This document shows, in pieces, positions 28,371 to 38,793 of a stretch of DNA of 64,000 bases. A program made the translations under genes and the position numbers. Source of the stretch: Promethearchaeota archaeon (GTDB taxonomy: Archaea; Asgardarchaeota; Lokiarchaeia; Sigyniarchaeales; SOKP01); assembly GCA_019057795.1 (NCBI GenBank), contig JAHLWS010000038.1:1-64000 (forward strand), read 5' to 3'. The notes below the pieces were generated by a model, which was not told the origin of the DNA, did not search any database, and was given only the letters and a program-made list of their open reading frames with translations. Each line of letters opens with the position of its first letter. Positions within the stretch are counted from its first letter, which is position 1.

Positions 28371-29465
28371 ATAGGAACTTGCATATTCTGTGGAAAAACA
28401 GGCATATTTATTTCTGATGTGCTTCAAGTATGTCGAGATTGCATTCTAAATAAAAATTGGGAGGTCGTTGAACTGCATATTTTAGCTGTTCATAAACAAG
28501 TTAGAAATTTAGTAGATTTACCGTCCAAACCTCCAAAAGCAGATGATATGGATGCTAAATTAAAATGTAACCTTTGCATTAACGAATGTGTTCTTTCTAA
28601 AAATGATTTAAGCTATTGTGGGTTGCGAAATATACCGAAAAGTCAAAGTGGTGAGTTACCCTTACCTTCTAAATCAAGAGGTTATATTCACGGGTACCTT
28701 GATCGAATACCAACTAATTGTTGTAATGCATGGTTTTGTAGTGCGGAATATGATACATACTCGTACGCTGCGTTTCTTTATGGTTGCACTTTTAATTGCT
28801 TATTTTGCCAAAATGCATCCCATAAATCTTTTTCTAATAATTATTTGATTGATGTCGAGACTTTGGCCAACCAAATCTATAAAAATAAAAAAATCACATG
28901 TATATGTTATTTTGGTGGGACTCCTGAAGCACAACTACCTTTTTCAATTAATTTAGCAGAGATGGTTCTCGAAAAAATCAAAAAAGAAGGAAAAAATCGA
29001 AAATTTAGAGTATGTTGGGAATGGAATGGTAGCGGGAACCAAGACTTAGTTGAAAAATGCATGCAAATTGCCATAGCATCCGGAGGAAACGTTAAATTCG
29101 ATTTAAAATGTTTTAACGAGAAATTAAACTTAGCTTTATGTGGAGTCAGCAATACAAGGACCCTTGATAACTTTAATTTTTTAGCGAAAAATTACTTTGG
29201 AACACGAAAAAAAACATATGAATTAAGTGCATGTACATTATTAGTTCCAGGTTATGTAAACCACGAAGAAGTGGAACTAATTGCAAAATTTATTAGTGAA
29301 ATTAACGATACGATTCCTTATAGCTTGCTAATTTTCCACGGAGACTATCAAATGAAGGATTTACCAATAACTCCAAGAAAACAGGCAATAAAATGCTTAG
29401 AAATAGCTAAAAAATATCTTAAAAATGTGAATTTAGGAAATAAATTTCTTTTAGGGCTTTCTTAA
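28371..29465 (+). CDS. radical SAM protein (AmmeMemoRadiSam/PFL-activase-like) with N-terminal zinc ribbon
   Basis: CTFNCLFC, FGGTP, KFDLK, LLVPGY. The frame extends upstream of the tracked GTG to ATA 28371 and includes GTCIFCG. Confidence 0.85.
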   Translation: MGTCIFCGKTGIFISDVLQVCRDCILNKNWEVVELHILAVHKQVRNLVDLPSKPPKADDMDAKLKCNLCINECVLSKNDLSYCGLRNIPKSQSGELPLPSKSRGYIHGYLDRIPTNCCNAWFCSAEYDTYSYAAFLYGCTFNCLFCQNASHKSFSNNYLIDVETLANQIYKNKKITCICYFGGTPEAQLPFSINLAEMVLEKIKKEGKNRKFRVCWEWNGSGNQDLVEKCMQIAIASGGNVKFDLKCFNEKLNLALCGVSNTRTLDNFNFLAKNYFGTRKKTYELSACTLLVPGYVNHEEVELIAKFISEINDTIPYSLLIFHGDYQMKDLPITPRKQAIKCLEIAKKYLKNVNLGNKFLLGLS

Positions 29466-29613
29466 TTTTTTTTTAAAAGCGTTTATTGGTTTGATAAAAT
29501 ACATATTTTCTAACGATCTTGTGAAACTGTTATTAACTTTTTTCCATAATAATTATTAAATAGGAAAAATAGGATAAGCTTATTATTAATTTTAAAAAAA
29601 AAGTTGCTTAAGA

Positions 29614-30714
29614 ATGAAAAGAATTAAGAGTGTTGATGCAATTCGCGGATTATGCATACTTCTCATGATTCTTGGACACTTATTAGATTGGTGGATTAGA
29701 CCCGAGGATAGATGGTTAGTATATATGTTGTTTGCATTTTTAGCGCCTATAGCTGCTACAGGATTTATGTTTATTTCAGGATTCAGTGCAATTTTATCTT
29801 ATAAAAGGAAAGTTACAAATATAGAAGATTCAAATGGACTTACTATGCGCAAAGTTAAAAATATATACCTTATTAGAGCTTTGTTATTATTAATAGTAGC
29901 CTTGCTCTATAATACAGCAATAGCTTTTGGTATTAATGATCCTACTTGGATTTGGGCGTGGAATGTTTTACAAACAATCGCGATTTCGCTCTTATTGGGG
30001 TGGTTTTTCTTAAATACTTCAAAAACATTTAGGATTTTGGTTGGAATTGTATTACTAGTTGTCAATCAATTTATTTCACCCTTTTTGATACCCTATGAGG
30101 GACAAACTAATATTTATGGGCTGTTATTCTATATTTTATACCATCCTTTAGAGCAATTTACAATCTTGTCTTATTTTTCTATATTTCTCCTTGGAACTGT
30201 AGTGGGAGATTTGTTTACTGAGGTTAACAAAATTAGCGATCAAGAGGAAAGGAAACATGCGATAAAATATGAATTTATAACGCCTTTATTGTTAATTGGG
30301 ATAATTTTAGTGTCTTTTGGTTTCATTTTTCGTTTTCCTGATATTATTTTTCGTAGAACCCTTTCTTCGCTGGTTTTTTCTATTGGTTTTTTTCTAATTT
30401 TGCTTTCAATACTTTTATATATTGAAGAATTTGAAATTGTTAAAACAAAAAAAAGTTATAGATTTTTCTATTATTACTCTTTTTACTCTTTTACTATTTA
30501 TTTGGGGCATAATCCATTGTATTTTATATTTTTTGGGCAATTAAACGCTTTGACTATTTGGATAGGCCTCGTAGGAACTACAATTTTGATAACGCTAATA
30601 CTCAAAGGCATTTATAAAAAATGGGGGAGAAAAGCCTCTTTAAAAACTCAATTAAGCATCCTAAGTTTAATAATACTAAGTAAAATAGAACAAAAAGAAA
30701 GTAAAAATAGTTAA
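29614..30714 (+). CDS. DUF1624 / HGSNAT-like membrane acyltransferase, copy 1
   Basis: RIKSVDAIRG..MILGH, FMFISGFS, WNVLQTI. Confidence 0.85.
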   Translation: MKRIKSVDAIRGLCILLMILGHLLDWWIRPEDRWLVYMLFAFLAPIAATGFMFISGFSAILSYKRKVTNIEDSNGLTMRKVKNIYLIRALLLLIVALLYNTAIAFGINDPTWIWAWNVLQTIAISLLLGWFFLNTSKTFRILVGIVLLVVNQFISPFLIPYEGQTNIYGLLFYILYHPLEQFTILSYFSIFLLGTVVGDLFTEVNKISDQEERKHAIKYEFITPLLLIGIILVSFGFIFRFPDIIFRRTLSSLVFSIGFFLILLSILLYIEEFEIVKTKKSYRFFYYYSFYSFTIYLGHNPLYFIFFGQLNALTIWIGLVGTTILITLILKGIYKKWGRKASLKTQLSILSLIILSKIEQKESKNS

Positions 30715-30835
30715 TTTAACAATAACATTTTTTTCAATAAAAGTTAAGTTTCTTGTTTTAAGGTATGAATGATAAAATTTATTTAATTTTAATAATTTCT
30801 AATTCTAATTATTGAATCTATAAAATGTTTAAAAA

Positions 30836-31141
30836 ATGCAAAGAGCAAGGATTAGGCTTTCTTCTACTAAACTTCCAGCGCTAAAAGCCGTATGCGAACA
30901 AATAGAAAGCGTGTGTAAAAATCAAGGCATTAGAAAACTTGGACCAATTCCCTTACCTACAAAGCGATTACGCGTACCCGTATTAAAAGCACCTTCTGGT
31001 CAAGGAACTGCAACTTGGGCGAAGTTTGAAATGAGAATCCACAAACGCCTTTTTGAAATAATTGCGAACGAGCGCTCGATGCATCTTATTATGAAGATCC
31101 AGATTCCAGAAACAGTTTTAGTTGAAATTGAGTTAATATAA
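30836..31141 (+). CDS. rps10: 30S ribosomal protein uS10 (archaeal type)
   Basis: GPIPLPTKRL..KAPSGQGTATW..FEMRIHKRL. Confidence 0.96.
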   Translation: MQRARIRLSSTKLPALKAVCEQIESVCKNQGIRKLGPIPLPTKRLRVPVLKAPSGQGTATWAKFEMRIHKRLFEIIANERSMHLIMKIQIPETVLVEIELI

Positions 31142-31214
31142 TCAAACTTCTTTTTATAATCTAGAAATATTCCATCATAAGAATTTAAATATTAAAAAAA
31201 TAAATTATAATTGT

Positions 31215-32081
31215 ATGCCTTTTACATCATATCATTTAGGCCCAGGCTTAATGATAGGATTGTTGTTTCTTAATTTCATCGATTTTCCTACATTCTTAAT
31301 TGCTAGCATAATTGTTGATATAGAACCCTTTATAGTCTTATTTTTTAACTTAGATTATCCGCTTCATGGTTTTTTCCACAGTTTTTTAGGAGGGACTATT
31401 GTTGCACTTCTCTTGACGGTGGTAATGAGCAGAATTAGAAAATATTTTTCCCCTTTAATGTCGTTTTTCAAGTTAGAACAAGATGTATCGTTTAAAAAAA
31501 TCTTGGTTGCCTCTCTTTCGGGAATTTATATTCACATTTTACTCGATTCCCCTATTTACACGGATATTCAACCTTTTTTTCCTTTCGCTTTTAATCCTTT
31601 CTATCGAAGTACTAGTTTTCCTGGATTATTGGAAACCACGATATGCGTTTTGTGTTTCATGGGAGCATTAATTATTTACATAATTAGATTATTTCAATAT
31701 AAATTAAAAAATCAAGAAAAAATTCAAGTGAAAAAAGAGTTAGAAAATCTTATTCAGTTAGTTAAAAAACAAAAATTGATATCCATAATAATTGCCTATT
31801 TCATAATTGGGATAATCTATGTTTTAACTGGATTTTTCCACGATATAATTATAGGAAAACAAATCATATTCCCTCTTATGATAAGTATACCTCTTGGAGC
31901 ACCATTTTGGCCATTGTTGGTTTATGCCGATTTTATAAACATCGGTATAATGCTTCAAGACGTTACTACATTAATTTCCTTTATTCTTTTTGCTTTATTC
32001 TTTTTGTATTGTTTTAGGATGGTTAAACCCGTAAATGAAATAACGAAAGAAGAAGGTTCATCATATAAATATAAGAATTAA
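31215..32081 (+). CDS. membrane-bound metal-dependent hydrolase-like protein with C-terminal TM extension
   Basis: MPFTSYH, LHGFFHS and HILLDS metal-ligand pattern. Confidence 0.7.
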   Translation: MPFTSYHLGPGLMIGLLFLNFIDFPTFLIASIIVDIEPFIVLFFNLDYPLHGFFHSFLGGTIVALLLTVVMSRIRKYFSPLMSFFKLEQDVSFKKILVASLSGIYIHILLDSPIYTDIQPFFPFAFNPFYRSTSFPGLLETTICVLCFMGALIIYIIRLFQYKLKNQEKIQVKKELENLIQLVKKQKLISIIIAYFIIGIIYVLTGFFHDIIIGKQIIFPLMISIPLGAPFWPLLVYADFINIGIMLQDVTTLISFILFALFFLYCFRMVKPVNEITKEEGSSYKYKN

Positions 32082-32249
32082 TTAAATATGAAATAGAGAT
32101 GTGCAAAATATTCTAAAAAGATACAAGCGATTGATTAGTATACAATGTGGGCACATACAAACATTAATCCGAATTGATCTAAGAAAACATATAAAATGCT
32201 CAACATTGCAGAACGCTTTAAAACTGCAAAAATTGTTCAATTAAGATTT

Positions 32250-33362
32250 TTAATATGAATTTAAATCCCGAGATAAGTATCTTTCTTCTAATTTATTCGC
32301 TAATTTTGAACTTAAAATGCTTATTAACACTTTTAAAGAGGCATTTTTTCCCCATTTTTTATAAATTCCTTTGAGTAAGAGCGTCAAGAAAATAAATACT
32401 CCTACGATGGCTATCCAGACACTTAAAACGTTTAATTGTCGAAAAAATATAAAATACAATGGATTATGCGCCAAATAAATAGTAAAAGAGTAAAAAGAGA
32501 AATAATAGAAAAATCTATAACTTTTTTTTGTTTTAACAACTTCGAATTCTTCAATATATAAAAGTATTGAAAGCAAAACTAGAACTGTACCTATTGAATA
32601 TAACATCGAAGAGAACGTTCCATGGTATAAAAAATCAGGAAAGAAAAAAATTGCACCAAATATCATTAAGATTATTCCAATTAACAATGAAAATTTTATA
32701 AATTCATATTTTATCGCATGTTTCCTTTCCTCTTGATCGCTAATTTTGTTAATCTCAAAAAAAACATCTCCTACTACAGTTCCTATAAGAAATACAGAAA
32801 AAAAAGACAAGATAATATATTGATCTAAAGGATGGAATAAAATATGATAAAATACCCCATACATATTAGGTTGACCCATATATGAGGTTAATAATATTAA
32901 GATACATTGATCAGCAACTAATAAAACAATTCCAAGAACAATCCTAAATGTTTTTGAAGTTTTAAGTAGAGGCCACATCAGAAGAAGAGAGACAGCAATC
33001 GTTTGTAAAACATTCCAAGACCAAATCCAAGTAAGATCATTTATCGTAAAAGCTATTAAAGTATTATAAATTAAAGCTATTATTAATATTAATAAAGCTC
33101 TAATAATGTATTCATTTTTAATTTTACGCATAGTGAATTCATTTGAATTTTCAGCTTTTATAACCCTACTTTTATATGATAATGTAGTGCTGAATCCTGA
33201 AATAAACAAAAATCCCGAAGCTGCTAATGGTGCTAAAAGTTCAAAAAGTATTACTTGCAACCATTTATCTTCATATTTTAACCACCAATCGAGCAGATGT
33301 CCCAGAATCATCAGGAAAATACAAAATCCGCGAATAGCATCAATATTTTTAATTCTCTTCAT
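32250..33362 (-). CDS. DUF1624 / HGSNAT-like membrane acyltransferase, copy 2 (inverted paralogue)
   Basis: Colinear with 29614-30714. Confidence 0.85.
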   Translation of the reverse strand: MKRIKNIDAIRGFCIFLMILGHLLDWWLKYEDKWLQVILFELLAPLAASGFLFISGFSTTLSYKSRVIKAENSNEFTMRKIKNEYIIRALLILIIALIYNTLIAFTINDLTWIWSWNVLQTIAVSLLLMWPLLKTSKTFRIVLGIVLLVADQCILILLTSYMGQPNMYGVFYHILFHPLDQYIILSFFSVFLIGTVVGDVFFEINKISDQEERKHAIKYEFIKFSLLIGIILMIFGAIFFFPDFLYHGTFSSMLYSIGTVLVLLSILLYIEEFEVVKTKKSYRFFYYFSFYSFTIYLAHNPLYFIFFRQLNVLSVWIAIVGVFIFLTLLLKGIYKKWGKNASLKVLISILSSKLANKLEERYLSRDLNSY

Positions 33363-33595
33363 AATTTATGAAGAACATAATTTTTTTATGAAAATGATTA
33401 AAGTTATACTATTTTTTCCTATTTAATAATTTTTATTAAATAACTTTCTTTCTTCTTTTTTCTATTATCTTTACTAAACTGGAGCTTAATTTTCTTAATT
33501 AAATTTTAAATATTTTAATCAGATTTAAATCGTTAGACACTCTTATTTTTAATAAATATAGATAAATGGATAATTGAAAAACATAAAATACTCAA

Positions 33596-34852
33596 ATGAT
33601 TAACTCTAATAACAGTAAAAGATTTTACGCTAAACCGATTTTCGTGAATTCTGTATTATTAGTTGTAAATTTAGGTCTATTTATTTTTAAGTTAATTTTT
33701 GCTGATTTAAGCGGTAGTTTGGCGCTTCGAGCGGATGCTTTTGATAATCTTACAGATATAATTATGGTATTTGCTGCTTTAGTTGGAATCATTTACGCAA
33801 AAAGAAAACCAAATGAACAATTTCCTTATGGATATTACAAAATAGAAAATATAATCAGCTTAATTATAGCACTAGTCATATTTTTTACAGCGTATAATAT
33901 AATTATTATTTCGTTCTCCGAAATTTACGCACACTTCGTTGGACTTCCAAAACAAATAATAATTTCTCCCGTAATTTTTATTTTCTTAATCATTTCATTA
34001 ATTATTTCGTTCTCAACAACCTTATATTTAAGTGTAATAGGAAAACAAACAAACTCACCTATAATTCAATCTCAAGCAAGCGAAAAATTCTACGATAACC
34101 TTATCTCGTCTTCAGTGATAATTGGTTTTATAGGTGCCTTATTCGGCGTGAATTTTTTAGATTCAATAATTAGTCTGATTATTGCTTTACTAATTATTAA
34201 AGGAGGATACGATATTTTCTTGACTTCTACTAAAATATTATTAGACGCTATAATCGATTTTGACCAAAGAAACGAACTTCATAATTTGATTAAAAACTTT
34301 CCAAATGTTAAAGAAATTGAATACCTTGAAATTAGATCATACGGGCGATATATTTTTCTGGAAGTTGTAGTAATTTTAAATAAAGAACTTAATTTGCATC
34401 AAATTCAGTCGTTGGAAAATGCGATGTCAGATAAAATCCAAGCGGAATTCCCTCAAATCTTTAGAATCATTATTATTTCTCAAACTCTACCAAAAGAAGT
34501 TATAAAGATCGCCGTGCCTTTAGCGAACAACGAAGGTTTAAGTTCTAAAATCTCCGAGCACTTTGGAGAAACGCCTTTCTTTGCTATCTTGGAAATGCAA
34601 GAAGAAAAAAACTTACTTGAATTAAAGAACTATAACATTCTACCAAACAAGTTTGCAAACGAAGAAAAAAGAAAAGGTATACTAATTTCTGAATGGCTAC
34701 CTTTAGAAAAAATAGATAAGCTTTATTTAAAAAATAAGTTGAAAAAGGGTCCACATTTACTCTTGGAAAATGGCTTTGTCCAAATGATTGTAACAGAATT
34801 AGGTAGCATAAAAGAAATTTTGGAACAAGAAAGACATATTCAATCCTCTTAA
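33596..34852 (+). CDS. cation diffusion facilitator with C-terminal NifB/NifX-like domain
   Basis: SLALRADAFDNLTD, FPYGYYKIE, and C-terminal IAVP..ISEHFGETPFF. Confidence 0.88.
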   Translation: MINSNNSKRFYAKPIFVNSVLLVVNLGLFIFKLIFADLSGSLALRADAFDNLTDIIMVFAALVGIIYAKRKPNEQFPYGYYKIENIISLIIALVIFFTAYNIIIISFSEIYAHFVGLPKQIIISPVIFIFLIISLIISFSTTLYLSVIGKQTNSPIIQSQASEKFYDNLISSSVIIGFIGALFGVNFLDSIISLIIALLIIKGGYDIFLTSTKILLDAIIDFDQRNELHNLIKNFPNVKEIEYLEIRSYGRYIFLEVVVILNKELNLHQIQSLENAMSDKIQAEFPQIFRIIIISQTLPKEVIKIAVPLANNEGLSSKISEHFGETPFFAILEMQEEKNLLELKNYNILPNKFANEEKRKGILISEWLPLEKIDKLYLKNKLKKGPHLLLENGFVQMIVTELGSIKEILEQERHIQSS

Positions 34853-34900
34853 TAAAAGATATTTACCTAATTGTATTTTATTATTTAATCAAACTTTTGA

Positions 34901-35737
34901 TTGGTTATTATGGAACTAAGTATCGATCTATTGAAGCAAATTGCTGTAAATGTATATGATGCTATACATCCTATCTTAGGCACTAAAAAGGCGGCAGAAA
35001 AATCTCAGAGGGGCGCAGGTGGAGATGTTTCAATGCAAATAGACCTGATTGCGGAAAATATCGTTATTGACACTTTAGAAAATGGGAATGTAAATATATT
35101 GTTAATTAGCGAAGAATTGGGCGAACGATATATAGGAAATAAAGAAAAAGCAATTAAAAGCCAAAATGTTTTAATTATCGATCCTGTTGACGGTTCTAAT
35201 AACGCAGTAAGAGGAATCCCATACTGTTCAATATCAATAGCCTATGCTATAGGAAGAACGATTAATGACATAAAGAAAGCAGTGATTCTTGATTTAAACA
35301 CGAAAGATATTTATTGGGCTATTAAAGGCGAGGGTGCTTACTTAAATAATAATGAAATTCATGTTTCTGATTTAGACATTAGTGATAGTTGCTTTTTTGA
35401 GTTAAATCTTCCCATGAAAAACTTTTTTAAACACATAGATAATTTAAAACCAATTTTTAAAAGATTTTATCGTATCCGAATATTAGGGAGTAGTGCTTTA
35501 ACGTTGTGCCAACTTGCGAAAGGTAGCATGGAAGCATTTGTTAACTTAAGAGAAACAAATCGATTAGTTGATGTCGCAGCGGGATTTCTAATCCTAAAAG
35601 AAGCTGGAGGAGAAGCTTTTTCACTTAATGGTAGTAAAATTGAAGGAGATTTATCTATTTATTTGAAATTCCCTTTCATAGCTTCAAATAAAAAGTTAGT
35701 TTCATTCTTGAAAAAAGGATTAAGTTCCAATTATTAA
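34901..35737 (+). CDS. inositol monophosphatase / FBPase (archaeal bifunctional family)
   Basis: ISEE, IIDPVDGSNN, RILGSSAL, DVAAG. Confidence 0.92.
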   Translation: MVIMELSIDLLKQIAVNVYDAIHPILGTKKAAEKSQRGAGGDVSMQIDLIAENIVIDTLENGNVNILLISEELGERYIGNKEKAIKSQNVLIIDPVDGSNNAVRGIPYCSISIAYAIGRTINDIKKAVILDLNTKDIYWAIKGEGAYLNNNEIHVSDLDISDSCFFELNLPMKNFFKHIDNLKPIFKRFYRIRILGSSALTLCQLAKGSMEAFVNLRETNRLVDVAAGFLILKEAGGEAFSLNGSKIEGDLSIYLKFPFIASNKKLVSFLKKGLSSNY

Positions 35738-35754
35738 TAGCTTATTTAGATGTA

Positions 35755-36834
35755 TTAATCAGGAATATTTATAGGATAAGTCCCGTATTTTCTCTTAATA
35801 TTTTGCATAGCTTCAAATCGGTCAACTGTAACTGCTGGGTTTATGCTATGTCCTGAACTAAAGATATATCCACCGCCTGGTGCTAATTCCCGTATTAATT
35901 TTTTGGCATAATCTTCAATTTCAGAAATCTCTCCCATTGCTAGCAAGATAGGACTTAAATTGCCAACAAAGGTAATCTTATCGCCATATTTTTCGTTTAA
36001 TTTAAATATATCATAATCTGGGTTAGCTGTAGTAGATTCGATGGGATTGAGCGCATCAACTCCGCATTTTATAATGTCCTCAAAAATCTCCATTAAATCT
36101 CCATCTGAGTGTAGTAATATTTTACAATCAAGCTTATGAGCAGCATCGCATATCTGTTTTATCCATGGGAATATATATTTACGGTATAAACGGGGGCTCA
36201 TGAATAAACCGTTCTTAAATCCGTAATCGTCCCAAAGTAACACAATTTGTGCATCGTTTTCAGCCAAGATTTTTACTACCTCGAGCGTAAACGAGCCTCG
36301 GTCGTCGAATATTCTTTTGATTTGCTTATCGCGCCCCAGTATTCTTGAAAAGGTTTCAATTCCAAAACCCTCCCAAGTACATTCCATAAGTGATCCTGTA
36401 GCCGGAATAGAAAAAACTACATCGTTCATTTCTTTTTGAATTTTTCTTCCGCTAAGAAAGTGAGCTAAACGCATTTTTAAGTTCGGATCTGGCTGTTCCC
36501 AGCTTTCGTAGTCCTCAAACGACTCAAAGTGCCCTCCGTGATAAGCTAAGATCATAGTTTTGTCTTCAGCATATTCGTATTTCATTACTCTACCATATTC
36601 ATCGATATATCCTCCCCTAAACATTTTTCGGGGAAATAAACTTACATAACTAAGGACTAAATCTATACCAGCTTTATAGGAAAATTCATAGGAACCTTTG
36701 TAACCACCAGATTTTCTTGGATCAATTCCATAATATTTTATGATTGTGTTATTTGTAAACGCACTTTCAAAAGCGGGAACCCTATCTGGTTCTTCGTGCT
36801 CAATCGTTTTTAAAATTCTTTCTGGAGCGTTCAT
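35755..36834 (-). CDS. uroporphyrinogen decarboxylase / MtaA-CmuA family protein
   Basis: EPDRVP, DDYG, LHSDG, GGGYIFSSGHS. Confidence 0.88.
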   Translation of the reverse strand: MNAPERILKTIEHEEPDRVPAFESAFTNNTIIKYYGIDPRKSGGYKGSYEFSYKAGIDLVLSYVSLFPRKMFRGGYIDEYGRVMKYEYAEDKTMILAYHGGHFESFEDYESWEQPDPNLKMRLAHFLSGRKIQKEMNDVVFSIPATGSLMECTWEGFGIETFSRILGRDKQIKRIFDDRGSFTLEVVKILAENDAQIVLLWDDYGFKNGLFMSPRLYRKYIFPWIKQICDAAHKLDCKILLHSDGDLMEIFEDIIKCGVDALNPIESTTANPDYDIFKLNEKYGDKITFVGNLSPILLAMGEISEIEDYAKKLIRELAPGGGYIFSSGHSINPAVTVDRFEAMQNIKRKYGTYPINIPD

Positions 36835-36939
36835 TTTATCTTAAGTTAATACTATTTTATTAAAATCTTTTATTAATTATTCATAATCTTTAAAATATAT
36901 AAAAGTTTAATTTTACAAATTTGTAGAGCTGATTCCGAT

Positions 36940-37539
36940 TTGAACGAGTTAAGAAGGTTAACAAGGGAATTTTTTTCGAGAGAAACGGTGTTAGTGGGCA
37001 AGGACCTCTTAGGAAAATATCTCGTTAGAAAAACAGCAAAAGGAAGAATGATTGGAAAGGTAGTTGAGGTAGAAGCCTATTTAGGTCCAAAGGATAAAGC
37101 GTGTCACTGCTATAATTATAAAAAAACTGAGAAAACAAAAATAATGTATATGAAACCCGGTACTCTTTACGTTTATTATATCTATGGCACATATTTCTGC
37201 CTTAATGTTATCACTGAACCAGAGGGGTTTCCGTGTTCTATATTCATAAGAAATTTATATCCAATTGATGGGATTGAATTAATGAAAGATAATCGGAACG
37301 TCAAAGTTGGCAAGAATTATAAAAATTTAGCGGATGGTCCAAGCAAGCTTTGTATGGCTATGAAAATAACTAAGGAGAAGTTTAATAGCAAAGATTCTTG
37401 CGCTGAAAACTCAGTACTCTTTTTCACCGAAGGAGAGAAGATCGATGATAAACAAATTTTATTAAGAAAAAGAATTGGAATTGATTATGCTGAAGAAGAT
37501 AAAGATAGACTTTTGCGTTTTATTTTGAATGAGGATTAA
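36940..37539 (+). CDS. mpg: DNA-3-methyladenine glycosylase (MPG/AAG family)
   Basis: EVEAYLG..DKACH, YVYYIYG, GPSKLC, RIGI. Confidence 0.93.
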   Translation: MNELRRLTREFFSRETVLVGKDLLGKYLVRKTAKGRMIGKVVEVEAYLGPKDKACHCYNYKKTEKTKIMYMKPGTLYVYYIYGTYFCLNVITEPEGFPCSIFIRNLYPIDGIELMKDNRNVKVGKNYKNLADGPSKLCMAMKITKEKFNSKDSCAENSVLFFTEGEKIDDKQILLRKRIGIDYAEEDKDRLLRFILNED

Positions 37540-37657
37540 TAGTTACAAACATGCTTAAATTTATATACGATTTATTTGACTTTTTATCTAGAGTTAAGGA
37601 TTGTTTGACCACAATTTTAGTAAAAAATTAGGAAAAGTCAATTAGGGGTTGATTTAA

Positions 37658-38101
37658 ATGGTAAAAGATGCTTTAAAATTTTTTCACGCATATGTAAACG
37701 AGATGATTGAAGTTGGCGGAGAAAACCTCCCACGGGCCGTTAGCACAAAATTGGGAGCAAAATTAGCCGCTTTATACAAAGAAAAAGGTATTAACGATTT
37801 AACAACTGCTTTAGAAACTTCTTATAAAGCGTTAGGTGCCTCAACTTCAATTAAAAAAATAGATGAGAACACATATTTTATTCAATTAAAACATTCTAAG
37901 AAATTTTGTCCAATTGGCGGAAAAAGGAACCCAACAAACGCAAAAACTATTCAAGAAAGCATATGTTCTCCTTATACGAGGAGTTTTTTGACGAGTCTAT
38001 TTCCTGAGTTTCAATTTGAGACTGAAATTAAGGAGTGTATTGTTGATAATAGTAATTCTCACTGTAAATATAAGCTGAAAGTAAAGAAGAAATCGTATTA
38101 A
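37658..38101 (+). CDS. V4R-like / output-domain protein
   Basis: CPIG..IC..C..C pattern in about 150 aa. Confidence 0.6.
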   Translation: MVKDALKFFHAYVNEMIEVGGENLPRAVSTKLGAKLAALYKEKGINDLTTALETSYKALGASTSIKKIDENTYFIQLKHSKKFCPIGGKRNPTNAKTIQESICSPYTRSFLTSLFPEFQFETEIKECIVDNSNSHCKYKLKVKKKSY

Positions 38102-38137
38102 TCTTAGGAAATGGTTTTTAGGAAGGAATAGAATAAA

Positions 38138-38441
38138 AGACCTGAATCTCGATTCCAATCTTACTATTATGACCAGATAATATGCTCCTCCACGACCTTA
38201 CCATAAAGCGTGAACGCCTAAACTTACGATTGCTCCATCCCTGGCCTGATCGGGTTTGTTATTACGAGCTCAAGCCTTTCCTACAAAAGGCACTACTCTG
38301 GTACCCACCATCATGGGGATCGCTTCGTTGGGACATAAAATTGGATAATAATTCTCATGAAACCTGAATCCAGGCAATTTCCGCTAATGAGGACTTTGCG
38401 GTCCATCCAGCAAAGGGACTTCAGAGCACCCCAAACGCTCC
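38138..38441 (-). ncRNA. ffs: signal recognition particle (7S) RNA
   Basis: GC-richer ~300-nt island. On the minus strand: helix 8 GAUCAGG-CCA-GGGA-UGG-AGCAAUC (SRP54 site), helix 6 GCCUUUU-GUAG-GAAAGGC, Alu-like UGAAGUCCC, and long-range helix CCUGGAUU/GAUUCAGG. TATA-like tract about 25 nt upstream. Ends are approximate. Confidence 0.92.
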
Positions 38442-38493
38442 ATAAAAATATAATGAAGGGAAAAATAAAAATTTATTGATTGATTTATCTTTC

Positions 38494-38688
38494 TTAGGTT
38501 AACTCTTTATTTATCTTTCTCCTTAATATCGATAAAAATTCGCTTGTATCAGGAAAAACGTAAGTTATATTGCTACCATCGTCGTCAACAGTTACTTCTT
38601 TGAAAAATTTTCCTTCTACTTTAACTTTCATGTCATTCAATATCATAAGTAAAATATATTGAAAAGGATTCAAAAAATCACATAACAT
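38494..38688 (-). CDS. small hypothetical protein or remnant
   Basis: Short ORF; no motif. Confidence 0.3.
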   Translation of the reverse strand: MLCDFLNPFQYILLMILNDMKVKVEGKFFKEVTVDDDGSNITYVFPDTSEFLSILRRKINKELT

Positions 38689-38793
38689 GGAAATAATATT
38701 TTATCAAACTTTTTGTAAAATCGAAAATAAGATAGCTTAGATTTAGTTAAGTAAGTGTTAATAAAAGTTTTTAAAAAACTATTGATGATTAAT

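Noticed and set aside
38182-38367. 61-aa plus-strand ORF
   Set aside because: It lies antisense within the SRP RNA; a by-product of the higher GC.
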